Assembly (NCBI GenBank): GCA_009887255.1
Contig: QXXW01000016.1
Location: 1 to 45,077, forward strand
DNA length: 45,077 bases
Reading direction: 5' to 3'
Source of the DNA: Candidatus Poseidoniales archaeon
Lineage (GTDB): Archaea > Thermoplasmatota > Poseidoniia > Poseidoniales > Poseidoniaceae
Below are positions 28,488-37,687 of the stretch, piece by piece (the first letter of the stretch is position 1; every line of letters begins with the position of its first letter). The translations under genes were made by a program, and so were the position numbers. The notes under the pieces were generated by a model. That model saw only the letters and a program-made list of their open reading frames with translations, made no database searches and was not told the origin of the DNA.

Positions 28488-29537
28488 ATGGCCATGCTTG
28501 AACCAAGACTCATGGAGGTTCACGAAGGTCCGAGGTTGGCCACCGTTATTCCTCTTTACAACGAAGCAAAGCACATTGAAGGTTTGGTGAACAGTTTGGT
28601 CGCACAGACCATGAACCCCACCCAACACATGGTTCTGTTGCTTGATGGTGGCTCAACGGATGGTACGTTGGACATCATCAAACGTGTGTTGGAGGGGCTT
28701 GGACCTGAGTCCCCCATCGTTCGCCTTGTCGAGAATCCTCTCCGTACCGTTGCTCATGCTCGAAATTTAGCCCTACAGCATCTTCCCGCTTCGGTGGAGT
28801 ATGTCGTCGAGTTGTTGGGACATGCCGACATCTCAGATGATCACCTTGAACAACGCATGCTCGCATGGGAACGGGCTGAAAAAGTCGCTCCAAAGCCGCT
28901 TGCAGGCGTGGGATGCAAAGTGGAAGGGCTGAACGACACCTCCTCAAAGCGAACGATGTGGATTGACGCAGCGTTGTCTTCGCCGCTTGGCCAAAGCGGC
29001 GGCCAATTCAGCACGTTTGACAGGGTGGAGCCCACACAAGTTCCAGCGTTTGTGACCCATCGGAAATCTTCTCTTGAGGCGGTTCAAGGTTGGGACACGT
29101 CCTTTCTGACCAGTCAGGACAGCGATTTGTCCATGCGGTTGCTCAATCAAGGTTATTCGCTCTACAGAGCACCGTACCCCGTCGTGAAAATGGCCCGCCG
29201 GGACACCCTCTTTAAGTGGTGGAAAATGGGCCACAGGTATGGGTTTTGGCGTACAAAAGTGGTGCTTCGACATCCACGACGCATCAGGGCGATCGAATGG
29301 TTGCCATGGATGGGTTTTGTCGGTTCCATGATCTTGTTGTGGGGCAACGTCGCTCTGTGGTGGCTTGGAGCCGCCGCCTACGTTGGTGTGTTGATGGTTG
29401 AGGGCTTGCGGCATTCACGTCGCCATCCGTCGTTGTTGCTCGGCCTGCCGTTGTGCCTGTTCATTCTTCATGCCAGCTTCTCCATCGGCTTGATCGACGG
29501 GTTTGTCCGTCGCGGCAGGAATGCAAGCGATCGCTAG
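28488..29537 (+). CDS. Family 2 glycosyltransferase (ExoA-like) with C-terminal membrane helices
   Basis: VIPLYNE, DGGSTDGT, ARNLAL, GWD...SQDSDLSMRL, RYGFWR and C-terminal hydrophobic helices. Start is uncertain (28488, 28494 or 28512). Confidence 0.88.
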   Translation: MAMLEPRLMEVHEGPRLATVIPLYNEAKHIEGLVNSLVAQTMNPTQHMVLLLDGGSTDGTLDIIKRVLEGLGPESPIVRLVENPLRTVAHARNLALQHLPASVEYVVELLGHADISDDHLEQRMLAWERAEKVAPKPLAGVGCKVEGLNDTSSKRTMWIDAALSSPLGQSGGQFSTFDRVEPTQVPAFVTHRKSSLEAVQGWDTSFLTSQDSDLSMRLLNQGYSLYRAPYPVVKMARRDTLFKWWKMGHRYGFWRTKVVLRHPRRIRAIEWLPWMGFVGSMILLWGNVALWWLGAAAYVGVLMVEGLRHSRRHPSLLLGLPLCLFILHASFSIGLIDGFVRRGRNASDR

Positions 29538-29583
29538 CACACCACCCCAATAGATACATGAAGGCATGGGAGAAGCCTGCATC

Positions 29584-30498
29584 ATGGGAGATGCTCGGCA
29601 CCAAACCGCTCGAGGTTTGGCTCTTCTTCCCCTGATTCTGATGGGTGCTTTGCACTTGACAGTGCCTCCGTTGTCGGGTACGTTTGAACTTGAACCGCTG
29701 TTGATGGTGCTGTGGTACGCTGTGGCGTTGGTGTTGGGGCTTGTCCTCTTTCGGAAAACCCGCGTCGTGAAGGATCATGAGTACAACAGAGCGAAAGCCA
29801 TGCGCTCCATTCGACACGTGTACAAAGCGGAAGCGGAAGGCGTTTGGGAACGAGATGTGTCGCTTGATGGTCAACTCACAGGCACCTCCAACTTGGCCCT
29901 TGGCCAGACCGTTGGTTCTCTCGCTCCGGAAACCGATGAAATCGAATTGGACAACGATTCCAAGGTTGAAGTCAAGGTGTTGACGGGAACCGTTGGCGTG
30001 AATTCCTCAAAAACCAGCACTGAGTATGATGATGCACCTGTTGTACAGCGAACGTTAGGCGCACAAGCCAAGGAAGGACCAATGGACAGAATATTGGATA
30101 CGGTGTTTGGTTGGTTTGGGCGTGACACCAAGGCTGAACGAGAATCCCAACGGCAGGCGAGAATGCTCGGGAACGCACGAGCGGCTCCCGTCATCGCTCA
30201 ACGACCCATAGCGCCTCTTCGCCTCAACACGAGGGACGATGATGGTGAGGTTCAGATGACTTCGATGAGCGACACTGGAGGCGTTGAAACCGTGTTGACC
30301 TCCAGGGGTTCTGAAGTTTCGAATGGAATGCTTCCGGAGGATTCCGGTACATCACTTCCCATGACGCTTGAACAAATGGCTCAAATCCAATCCGTGACCC
30401 CATCGTCATCACCCTCTCAAGTTCCTGCGTGCAGGGGGTGCGGTGGCACTGCTCCGGCCGGAATTGCATATTGTCCTCACTGCGGTTTGGACCTTTGA
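29584..30498 (+). CDS. Membrane protein with long cytoplasmic region and C-terminal zinc ribbon
   Basis: Two N-terminal hydrophobic segments and a C-terminal CRGC-x10-CPHCG motif. Confidence 0.72.
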   Translation: MGDARHQTARGLALLPLILMGALHLTVPPLSGTFELEPLLMVLWYAVALVLGLVLFRKTRVVKDHEYNRAKAMRSIRHVYKAEAEGVWERDVSLDGQLTGTSNLALGQTVGSLAPETDEIELDNDSKVEVKVLTGTVGVNSSKTSTEYDDAPVVQRTLGAQAKEGPMDRILDTVFGWFGRDTKAERESQRQARMLGNARAAPVIAQRPIAPLRLNTRDDDGEVQMTSMSDTGGVETVLTSRGSEVSNGMLPEDSGTSLPMTLEQMAQIQSVTPSSSPSQVPACRGCGGTAPAGIAYCPHCGLDL

Positions 30499-30523
30499 GG
30501 GGCGTGAATTTCAAAGGGGACCT

Positions 30524-30547
30524 GTCCTCGTGGTGTGACGAGGGGAC
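30524..30547 (+). promoter_or_regulatory. Inverted repeat overlapping the ribosome-binding site of dnaJ
   Basis: CCTCGT(30526-31)-GGTGTG-ACGAGG(30538-43). The right arm includes the GAGG of the SD-like GAGGGG before ATG 30551. Confidence 0.4.
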
Positions 30548-30550
30548 TCC

Positions 30551-31678
30551 ATGACCACCAAGCGAGACTACTACGATGTCTTGGGCGTTGAGAAGGCTGC
30601 CTCAGAATCAGAATTGAAAAATTCTTTCCGACGATTGGCTCGTAAGTACCACCCAGATCGTAGCACTGAAGAGGATGCTGAGGACCGATTCAAGGAAATT
30701 CAAGAAGCTTACGCCGTTCTCTCCGATCAGAAAAAAAGGGCTCAATATGACCGCTTTGGTCACGATGGTGGGCAAGGAAACCCGTTCGGCGGTTCCGGAG
30801 GAGGGTTCAACATCAATCTGGAAGACCTCTTTGGCGGGGATATTTTCTCTTCCATGTTCGGTGGCGGCAGAGGTGGAGGAGGCAGACGCCGACAAAGCGG
30901 TTCAGACATCCTCATCCGACATTCGATTGAACTCAGCGACGTCCTCAACGGTACAGATCAAGAAGTTGTCATCGATTTGCCACATGCTTGCGAGTCTTGC
31001 GAAGGTACAGGAGCCGAAGGCGGTCGATTGACCACGTGTGCATCGTGCAACGGGCAAGGTCAGGTACGTGTTCGCCAACAAATTGGCCCGTTCGTTCAAG
31101 AAGCCGTGCAGGCTTGCCGGGAATGCAATGCTCGTGGTAAAGTCGCAGACAACCCGTGCGACGGCTGCGGGGGTTCAGGACAGGACATGAAAAGCAGCAC
31201 GCTTCGCTTCAAGGTTCCTTTGGGGGCTGAACAAGGAACGAGGCTTCGCATGCGGGGCAAAGGCGAACCTGCTCCCCAAGGTGTTGGCTCTCCTGGCGAT
31301 CTTTTCATCGAACTCGAAATTGAGCCCCATCCGTTCTTTGAGCGTTCAGGGTCGGACTTGATCATGTCCTTGCCACTCGGATATCCCGACCTCGCCCTTG
31401 GCACCACCATCACGATCGAACACATCGATGGAGATGATTTGCAGATCAAGGTCCCCTCTCAATCCAATTCAGGTGAAACGGTCGAGGTTCGCAAACGTGG
31501 ACTGCCACGTCAACGAGGCAACGGGCGAGGCGATGTCGTGGTTCTCTTGAAGTTGCACATGCCCAAAAAAATCGGACGGTCCACCAAGAAATCACTTGAA
31601 GCGCTTCGAGGTGATTTGGGTCCCAAGGACGTCAAAAGCTCCATTTTGAGCGATGCGCAAGAACGACGCCGTGGTTGA
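30551..31678 (+). CDS. dnaJ: Molecular chaperone DnaJ (class A Hsp40)
   Basis: DYYDVLG and HPD J-domain, G/F-rich linker, four CxxCxGxG-type repeats, C-terminal GDL...H..F.R.G.DL domain. Confidence 0.97.
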   Translation: MTTKRDYYDVLGVEKAASESELKNSFRRLARKYHPDRSTEEDAEDRFKEIQEAYAVLSDQKKRAQYDRFGHDGGQGNPFGGSGGGFNINLEDLFGGDIFSSMFGGGRGGGGRRRQSGSDILIRHSIELSDVLNGTDQEVVIDLPHACESCEGTGAEGGRLTTCASCNGQGQVRVRQQIGPFVQEAVQACRECNARGKVADNPCDGCGGSGQDMKSSTLRFKVPLGAEQGTRLRMRGKGEPAPQGVGSPGDLFIELEIEPHPFFERSGSDLIMSLPLGYPDLALGTTITIEHIDGDDLQIKVPSQSNSGETVEVRKRGLPRQRGNGRGDVVVLLKLHMPKKIGRSTKKSLEALRGDLGPKDVKSSILSDAQERRRG

Positions 31679-31679
31679 T

Positions 31680-33881
31680 TTACTCTTCTTCCATGAGCAC
31701 GGTTTGTGGAATTCTTGAAGCAAACGGTACACGGTCCATCCGTCCGTTCAGTTCAATGTCCACCGCTGGCGCTTGACCTTGCAATTCGACGTAAAGGAAC
31801 GCTCTGTGCCCTTCATTGAGGGTGTCCAAAAAGACCTCTTCACCTTGATGGAGGAACCTCGGTTCAACATGAACGACCTCGAAGGGTTGTCCGTGTGGGG
31901 CATCAAATCGGAGAGCCGCCAATTCCCACGTGCCTTTCAGTACATGGACGCCGATCACCAGTGGCCAAGTTCCTTTGGTTCGAGCCAAGCGCTTGTCGAC
32001 CCGCCAAACGCCCATGGCCATGCCGTCCGTGGTGTGAGTTAAGGCTGGTTCCCCCCACGCATTAATGCCCTCTTCCCACGGCAGTTGTGCAACCGCCATG
32101 AGGGCCCTGTTCAAGTCCTTTCTTGAGGCTTTGACCGTGGTCTCTCCACTGCTCAACCGTTCACTGTACCAGGCGAGCCTTGAGGCCTTGCGGAGGAGTT
32201 CCTTAGCGAATTGTCGGTCGCGCTGGAACGAAACACCCACGTAAACAGCAGGAATCAGGAACAGGAAACCCAAGAACCAACGGGCGAAACTCCCCCACCA
32301 CACGGCTTCATCTGAAGGCTCGAACCAAGGTTCCTCACCTTCATCCATTAGACTGTATGCTGGGGTGATGAAATAGGGCTTTGAGGCAACATCTTCACCC
32401 CAGAGGTTGGATGTGGAGGCGTTGGAATCTTGGAGGCGGAATTGAATGTAGTGTGTCCCCCGTCCAACCTGAAGTCCAATTCGAAGCTGTTCGGAAACAG
32501 GTCGAGTGATGTCGGTGGCCAACACCTCTCCAGTGGTTTGGTCAATGTCCCACATTTGTGCTTCCATGCCCGTCACGTTGCCGTCGAGTGTGAATTGAAC
32601 ATAGTGGATGGAATCTTCCCAACCGTTCACCACGATGCGGAAGGTGTCGGAGATGTCGTGAACGGCGAGGGTCAATTCCGACGCAGTGACGTTCGTGAGG
32701 TTGAGAACCGGCCACGAGGCGTTGTCGGTATCCAAACCATCAGGGAGGTACGATGGTGCTTCCAAATGGTTCAGGTCAGCGTAAGATTCAGCCCTGAGAT
32801 GGACGGCGAACGCCACGCTCGATTCAACCATCACTCGACCACCTGTGACGCCCGGGTACGGGTAGGTGATGAGGGGTGAAGAACCGTTCAGAGGGACCGT
32901 TGTGCCGAGAATCCATGAGCCGTTCATCAGTTGATCAACACGCACTTCAACTTCCCCATAGGGGTGTTCGAGCGTCAATTTGGTGTTGACCGGCCAATCG
33001 AACAAACCTGTTGTTGTGCCGTGGCCTTGGATGGTAGATGCCTGCGTGAGATCATGTTGTGTTAGGTCAGTTACAGGTTGATTTTGGTGGTGAAAAACGA
33101 TGGCCTTCCACGTCACATGGGTGTCCTGAGTTGACAATCTGAACACCAATCTTCCATCTTCAGCAGCCGTCCACCAGGCCACCGCCTCATCGCTTGTTGG
33201 TTGAAGGTAGGACGAGGTAAGCACAGATTCTCCATCAAGCAAGATTTCTGTTGAATTTGTTTGCGCATAGGCTTGCAAACGGACGCCGGCTGTGGTGGCC
33301 AACCATTGCCATTCGACCGTGTCCCCCTCCTCGACCTCCACGATGTAAAATTCATCAGAGCCAACAAGATGTCCCGTGGCCGCAAAGTGCTCCTCTTGCC
33401 CTTCGGGTACCGTTCCGAGCACTCCACTCCGCTCCAGATCCATGCATTCCATTGGTGTTGGGCACAATCCTGCGGCATGATGAGCCATGGCCTGGCCCGG
33501 TGCCGGTCGCACCGTGGGGTGTTCCTGTGTCGTTGAATTCGAAAGCGTGTATCGAACATTTTCGGTCTGTTCTACGGTCATGCTGAGATGGTATTGGCCG
33601 ATAAGATCGGTTTTGACCAAGGATTCAGTGAACGAAAACGACGTGTTGTCTCTGCTCAAGTTCAACGTGCATGTTGAACAATCCACCGCCATGAAGAAGG
33701 TCGAATCTTGCGTCAAGTCAACCGTGGTGGAATACACGACGTTGGGTCGGGCCGTGAATTGGTTCATTGGCTGGTCCAGAGGGAAGGCCAAGTCGTTTTG
33801 GGCCGATGCGGTCGGTAGGGTGGCACTCCATGAAGCCAAGAGCATGAGGACCAGCATCCCGGTCGCAGCGAAGCGCTTCAT
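31680..33881 (-). CDS. Single-pass membrane protein with large extracellular beta-rich region and ~180-aa cytoplasmic domain
   Basis: Signal peptide MKRFAATGMLVLMLLASW...ASA, TM WFLGFLFLIPAVYVGV, then a soluble C-terminal domain. Start revised to ATG 33881. Confidence 0.72.
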   Translation of the reverse strand: MKRFAATGMLVLMLLASWSATLPTASAQNDLAFPLDQPMNQFTARPNVVYSTTVDLTQDSTFFMAVDCSTCTLNLSRDNTSFSFTESLVKTDLIGQYHLSMTVEQTENVRYTLSNSTTQEHPTVRPAPGQAMAHHAAGLCPTPMECMDLERSGVLGTVPEGQEEHFAATGHLVGSDEFYIVEVEEGDTVEWQWLATTAGVRLQAYAQTNSTEILLDGESVLTSSYLQPTSDEAVAWWTAAEDGRLVFRLSTQDTHVTWKAIVFHHQNQPVTDLTQHDLTQASTIQGHGTTTGLFDWPVNTKLTLEHPYGEVEVRVDQLMNGSWILGTTVPLNGSSPLITYPYPGVTGGRVMVESSVAFAVHLRAESYADLNHLEAPSYLPDGLDTDNASWPVLNLTNVTASELTLAVHDISDTFRIVVNGWEDSIHYVQFTLDGNVTGMEAQMWDIDQTTGEVLATDITRPVSEQLRIGLQVGRGTHYIQFRLQDSNASTSNLWGEDVASKPYFITPAYSLMDEGEEPWFEPSDEAVWWGSFARWFLGFLFLIPAVYVGVSFQRDRQFAKELLRKASRLAWYSERLSSGETTVKASRKDLNRALMAVAQLPWEEGINAWGEPALTHTTDGMAMGVWRVDKRLARTKGTWPLVIGVHVLKGTWELAALRFDAPHGQPFEVVHVEPRFLHQGEEVFLDTLNEGHRAFLYVELQGQAPAVDIELNGRMDRVPFASRIPQTVLMEEE

Positions 33882-33968
33882 GGCCCATCGCTGTGGGCTC
33901 AGCCTTTCAAACCAACCGTTGGCCGGCCGTTCAAACCTTTCAAGAACCTCACTCCGCCACCCCAAACC

Positions 33969-35744
33969 ATGTCCGGACCGCTCGCCCGAACGGTCCTTGC
34001 CCGAACTCGACTCGCTCGGTCATGGGGTTTGGGTGACAGGAAGTCACCGTCGGCCATGACTCCAGCCCTGATCACCACCGGAATGGATGTGGAACTTCCC
34101 GTAGGGTACGCCCCGTTCAGTTCTTCGACCAGCAACACCCTCCCGTCAATGCTTTCCATTGAATCGCGGGGAGCGTTCGTGCCACCTGCGTTTGATGCCC
34201 CAGGTCCTTCGTACGCAGTGAACATCGGTCACGTTCTCCCACCATCGTTGGAAGAAGCGAACGCGGGAGAAGCCCAAGGAACCGGTGCATTGCTACCGGT
34301 TTCATGGCAGCGCATGCATCACGATGACGGACTGATGGATGCGTCGTTATCCCCTGAAATCGTTGTTCTTACCGATGCGCCTCAATTGGCAGCCCAACCG
34401 GGTAAACTGGCCCAAGCCTTGTTGACGCTCAAGCAGCGGTTCCCCGGAGCACTGGTTTGGACGCCGGGTTTGGGTGGACCCGACAACATGGCGGTTCTGA
34501 CCCTCATGGGCGTTGACCTCTTTGACATGGCAAGGGCGCACGAAGCCTCAGCACGAAAGGTTCTGCTCACCGCCACAGGACCTCGCTGGCCACTGGCACA
34601 TGAATCCACCACGGTTGAGCACCAAGCATATCATTGGATCAAAGCGCTTGATGAGGTCAGGGCCGCTGTGCAGCAGGGCACGCTCAACACGCTTGCAGAA
34701 CGGCAGAGTTTGTCCAGCCCGCGCCTGGTGGAACACCTTCGACATCATCATCGTATTGTGTCGGACACCCCCGGTGTACTGGCTTCACATGTGGACGGAA
34801 AAACCGAATTCCCGTGTTACAGCACCAACATGCTTCATGATCCGCTGGTCAACGATTGGGAGCGGTTCATGAACGAAGAATACCAAGCGCCAGAAGCCAC
34901 CACAACCGTCATGGTTTTTCTCCCATGTTCTGCAAGAAAACCCTATCGTTTGTCCAGATCTCACGACCGCTTCCTCTACGCCATGCGCTCCTCTGCATGC
35001 CATGAAGTGATGATGACCTCTCCACTTGGTTTGGTCCCTCGGGACCTTGAGGATGTTTGGCCTGCTTCACATTACGACGTTCCCGTGACTGGGCACTGGT
35101 CGCTTGATGAGAAGGCTCGGGTTCAACGTATGCTGGTCACCTTGGTGGAGCGCGTGGGCTACAAGTGCATCATCAACCACACGGATTTTGATTTGAGTTT
35201 CTTGGATGTGGAGGTCATCGACACCCGACAGGGCCTTGGAGCGACCCAACACGATGCCCTCCAGTCACTGACGGCTGCCGTGAAATCAGCGGTCGAAACC
35301 CACGGGCTCAAGAACCAAAGGAACAATCTGCGATTGAAGGCCAAATTCAAGAGCATTGCGCGTAAGTTGACACGCAACGATGCATGGATGGAACCCTTGA
35401 GTGTGAAGGGAAAAATACCGCGCTGGCGATTGGAGCTGAACGGTCAACAACTTGCAGTCTGGTCCATCGACAGGAACGGGTTTTCATTCTCGAGAGCGGC
35501 CATTGACCACCTTCACGAACACGATGCCTTGCCCAGAGTTGTCCTCAACACCGGGGTTGACTGGCGCGGGGATGTGTTCGCCAGTATGGTGGAGAATCAC
35601 GACCCGCAGATTCGTTCGGGTGATGATTTGCTTGTGATGCAAGACGGACAGGCCATGGGTTTGGCCCGTGCGGTTTGCCCCGGTTGGGAGTGGAACACCA
35701 CCGTCGGGACACTTGCCAAATCTCACCAACGACGCAAGAAGTGA
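33969..35744 (+). CDS. arcS: Archaeosine synthase subunit alpha (ArcS/TgtA2): degenerate TGT-like N-terminus, DUF5591-like core, PUA domain
   Basis: GVDLFD, LPCSARKPYRLSRSH, TSPLGLVPRDLE, YDVPVTGHW, and C-terminal PUA-like DPQIRSGDDLLV. Confidence 0.88.
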   Translation: MSGPLARTVLARTRLARSWGLGDRKSPSAMTPALITTGMDVELPVGYAPFSSSTSNTLPSMLSIESRGAFVPPAFDAPGPSYAVNIGHVLPPSLEEANAGEAQGTGALLPVSWQRMHHDDGLMDASLSPEIVVLTDAPQLAAQPGKLAQALLTLKQRFPGALVWTPGLGGPDNMAVLTLMGVDLFDMARAHEASARKVLLTATGPRWPLAHESTTVEHQAYHWIKALDEVRAAVQQGTLNTLAERQSLSSPRLVEHLRHHHRIVSDTPGVLASHVDGKTEFPCYSTNMLHDPLVNDWERFMNEEYQAPEATTTVMVFLPCSARKPYRLSRSHDRFLYAMRSSACHEVMMTSPLGLVPRDLEDVWPASHYDVPVTGHWSLDEKARVQRMLVTLVERVGYKCIINHTDFDLSFLDVEVIDTRQGLGATQHDALQSLTAAVKSAVETHGLKNQRNNLRLKAKFKSIARKLTRNDAWMEPLSVKGKIPRWRLELNGQQLAVWSIDRNGFSFSRAAIDHLHEHDALPRVVLNTGVDWRGDVFASMVENHDPQIRSGDDLLVMQDGQAMGLARAVCPGWEWNTTVGTLAKSHQRRKK

Positions 35745-35819
35745 AACCCTCTCACCGTTGTACGGTGCGGAGTGATTAAGAAGGGGTGATATTACGGTGG
35801 GCTACTTGGTGATGTCTTT

Positions 35820-36278
35820 ATGGCACGTATGTACAAATCTCGAAAGGGCACAAGCGGTTCAACCCGCCCACACATTACGACCGCTCCTGAATGGTCGAAC
35901 ACCAACAAAGATGCGGTGACGGCGCTTGTTCTTGACCTGGCCAAGGCAGGACACTCCAGTGCTGAAATCGGCACTGCCCTACGCGACAAGCACGCTGTGC
36001 CCAACGCTCGCCTTGTTCTTGGGAAGCGAATCTCACAGGTTCTGGCTGAACACGACATGCTCGGCACCTATCCAGAGGACATGATGAACCTCATGCGACA
36101 AGCTGTTGGCATCATCAATCACTTGGGCGCTGGCAACCACAAGGACATTCACAACAAGCGAGCCCTTGAGATCACAGAGGCGAAAATTCGCCGTCTGGCC
36201 AACTACTACAAGAGCGAAGGTCACCTTCCATCCGACTGGCGATACAAGCGAGACGAACTTCGACTGATGGTCGAGTGA
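35820..36278 (+). CDS. rps15: 30S ribosomal protein S15 (uS15, archaeal/S13e type)
   Basis: MARMYKSRKGTSGSTRP, IGTALRDKHAVP, PED, KD.H.KR.L...EAKIRRLANYYK...W.Y. SD GGTGA at 35808. Confidence 0.97.
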   Translation: MARMYKSRKGTSGSTRPHITTAPEWSNTNKDAVTALVLDLAKAGHSSAEIGTALRDKHAVPNARLVLGKRISQVLAEHDMLGTYPEDMMNLMRQAVGIINHLGAGNHKDIHNKRALEITEAKIRRLANYYKSEGHLPSDWRYKRDELRLMVE

Positions 36279-36335
36279 TGTCGCCAACGATGCTCATCTT
36301 CATGAGGGGTCACCTCTTCATCGGAGTGACCAACG

Positions 36336-37256
36336 ATGCGTGACCTTCTGTCCGTTCCAATGTTTGCTGACGTTGTGAAGCACTTGCGTTCACAAGCCGC
36401 AGCCCTCAATCATGCACCGCTGTTGAACCTTCAGGCTCCATCTTCATTGAGTGGCGTGTTGGCCATGGGTCAACTCGAAGCCGCTTGCCTCGATGCTGGC
36501 TTGATGTACAGTCGCCGGTTTTACCCTTCGCAATCCCACAGGCCGCGAGACGAGCCTCCTTCGATTGTTCGCGCTTCCCACGGTCTTACGGTGGCTTTGA
36601 TGACGGAGGAATCAACGTGGACCAGCGACGAAGTTACCCTCGATGAAGGCGTGCGTTTGGTGCCCCTTGCAACATCCGTTTTGACAGGCGACACCAACAA
36701 AAATCTCCAAGGAGCGCTTGATGTGGTCGCACAAGCCGCAGCTTTAGCAGCCCTCTTGGCCCCCAACGGTCGCCGTGTACGTCTACTTCGCCCTATGGCC
36801 TCCCTGGGCATGTGGCTGGGTGGCTCGTTGGACACCAGCATGGACGTCTTCCACAACCTTTTGATTCATCACTTGAACGAGGAAGGAACCCTGCGCTTGG
36901 TCCCCTTGCCAGAAGTGCTTGAGCCAAAATCTGGAATGTTACCGAACGTCTCCGACCGTCGGGTGAAGAAACTCGCCAAAGCTTGGGCGAAGATGAACGT
37001 TGAAGATCGGGCTCAGGCCATGAGCGAACTCACGCTGCCATGCTTGGCCAACACCACACTTTCCACACCGCGCCTTGAGTCGTTGATCTGGTGCAGGATG
37101 TTGGTCGGTGAAGACCCCGTCGATTTGGCCAGCCAACTCAGCTACCTCCAGAGCGAATGGCCTGAAGATGGAGCCGAGCAGAAACGTCACGCAAGCAACG
37201 TGTTGGACGGCTGGCTGGCCTCAGGACGGTTGTGGTCGAGCCCAGCGACGGATTGA
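36336..37256 (+). CDS. Hypothetical protein, probably a degenerate DHH/RecJ-like (GAN/Cdc45-related) homolog
   Basis: Lies directly after rps15, where euryarchaea commonly have a DHH-family gene. 'LNLQAPSSLSGVLAMGQLEAACLDAG' aligns by eye to DHH motif I without the Asp residues. Confidence 0.5.
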   Translation: MRDLLSVPMFADVVKHLRSQAAALNHAPLLNLQAPSSLSGVLAMGQLEAACLDAGLMYSRRFYPSQSHRPRDEPPSIVRASHGLTVALMTEESTWTSDEVTLDEGVRLVPLATSVLTGDTNKNLQGALDVVAQAAALAALLAPNGRRVRLLRPMASLGMWLGGSLDTSMDVFHNLLIHHLNEEGTLRLVPLPEVLEPKSGMLPNVSDRRVKKLAKAWAKMNVEDRAQAMSELTLPCLANTTLSTPRLESLIWCRMLVGEDPVDLASQLSYLQSEWPEDGAEQKRHASNVLDGWLASGRLWSSPATD

Positions 37257-37281
37257 AGGCGAGCGGGCCCTTGGGCATCCC

Positions 37282-37632
37282 ATGGCGATTGAACGACTTC
37301 TCACTGGTAGCATCCAAACCCAACTTCACGATCTCCTTTCAACCGAGGATCTGGTCATTGAGGCATTTCGTGATCTCGTGAAGGACGAGCTCAAAGCTCA
37401 TATCCGTGCCAAGGTCGACTCAGACCCAGAACTCAAAGCCGAAATCAAGGAGGCTGTGACGTATTATTTCCATTCCAAAGCACGGTCAATTTATGCTGAA
37501 CTCAAAGCCACTCGGGCGGCGACACGTCTTGGTTTGCGCCTCCTTCCCGACGACATCCAAGGGGAAGTTGGCAACGCGCTGGTGACCTTGTTCGAAAAAG
37601 AATTGGGCGACCTTTTGGAAAAGGCCCTTTGA
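37282..37632 (+). CDS. Hypothetical helical protein (116 aa)
   Basis: ATG 37282 (MAIERLL) with a TTGAAG element 29 nt upstream. Charged amphipathic helices. Track start 37108 overlaps the upstream gene. Confidence 0.72.
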   Translation: MAIERLLTGSIQTQLHDLLSTEDLVIEAFRDLVKDELKAHIRAKVDSDPELKAEIKEAVTYYFHSKARSIYAELKATRAATRLGLRLLPDDIQGEVGNALVTLFEKELGDLLEKAL

Positions 37633-37687
37633 GTCCGCTCTTACCCACGTATGAGTACAAGTTATGTGCTGAACTTTCCTCGGGAGA

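Noticed and set aside
30499..30550. CIRCE (HrcA) element upstream of dnaJ
   Set aside because: The inverted repeat present does not match TTAGCACTC-N9-GAGTGCTAA.
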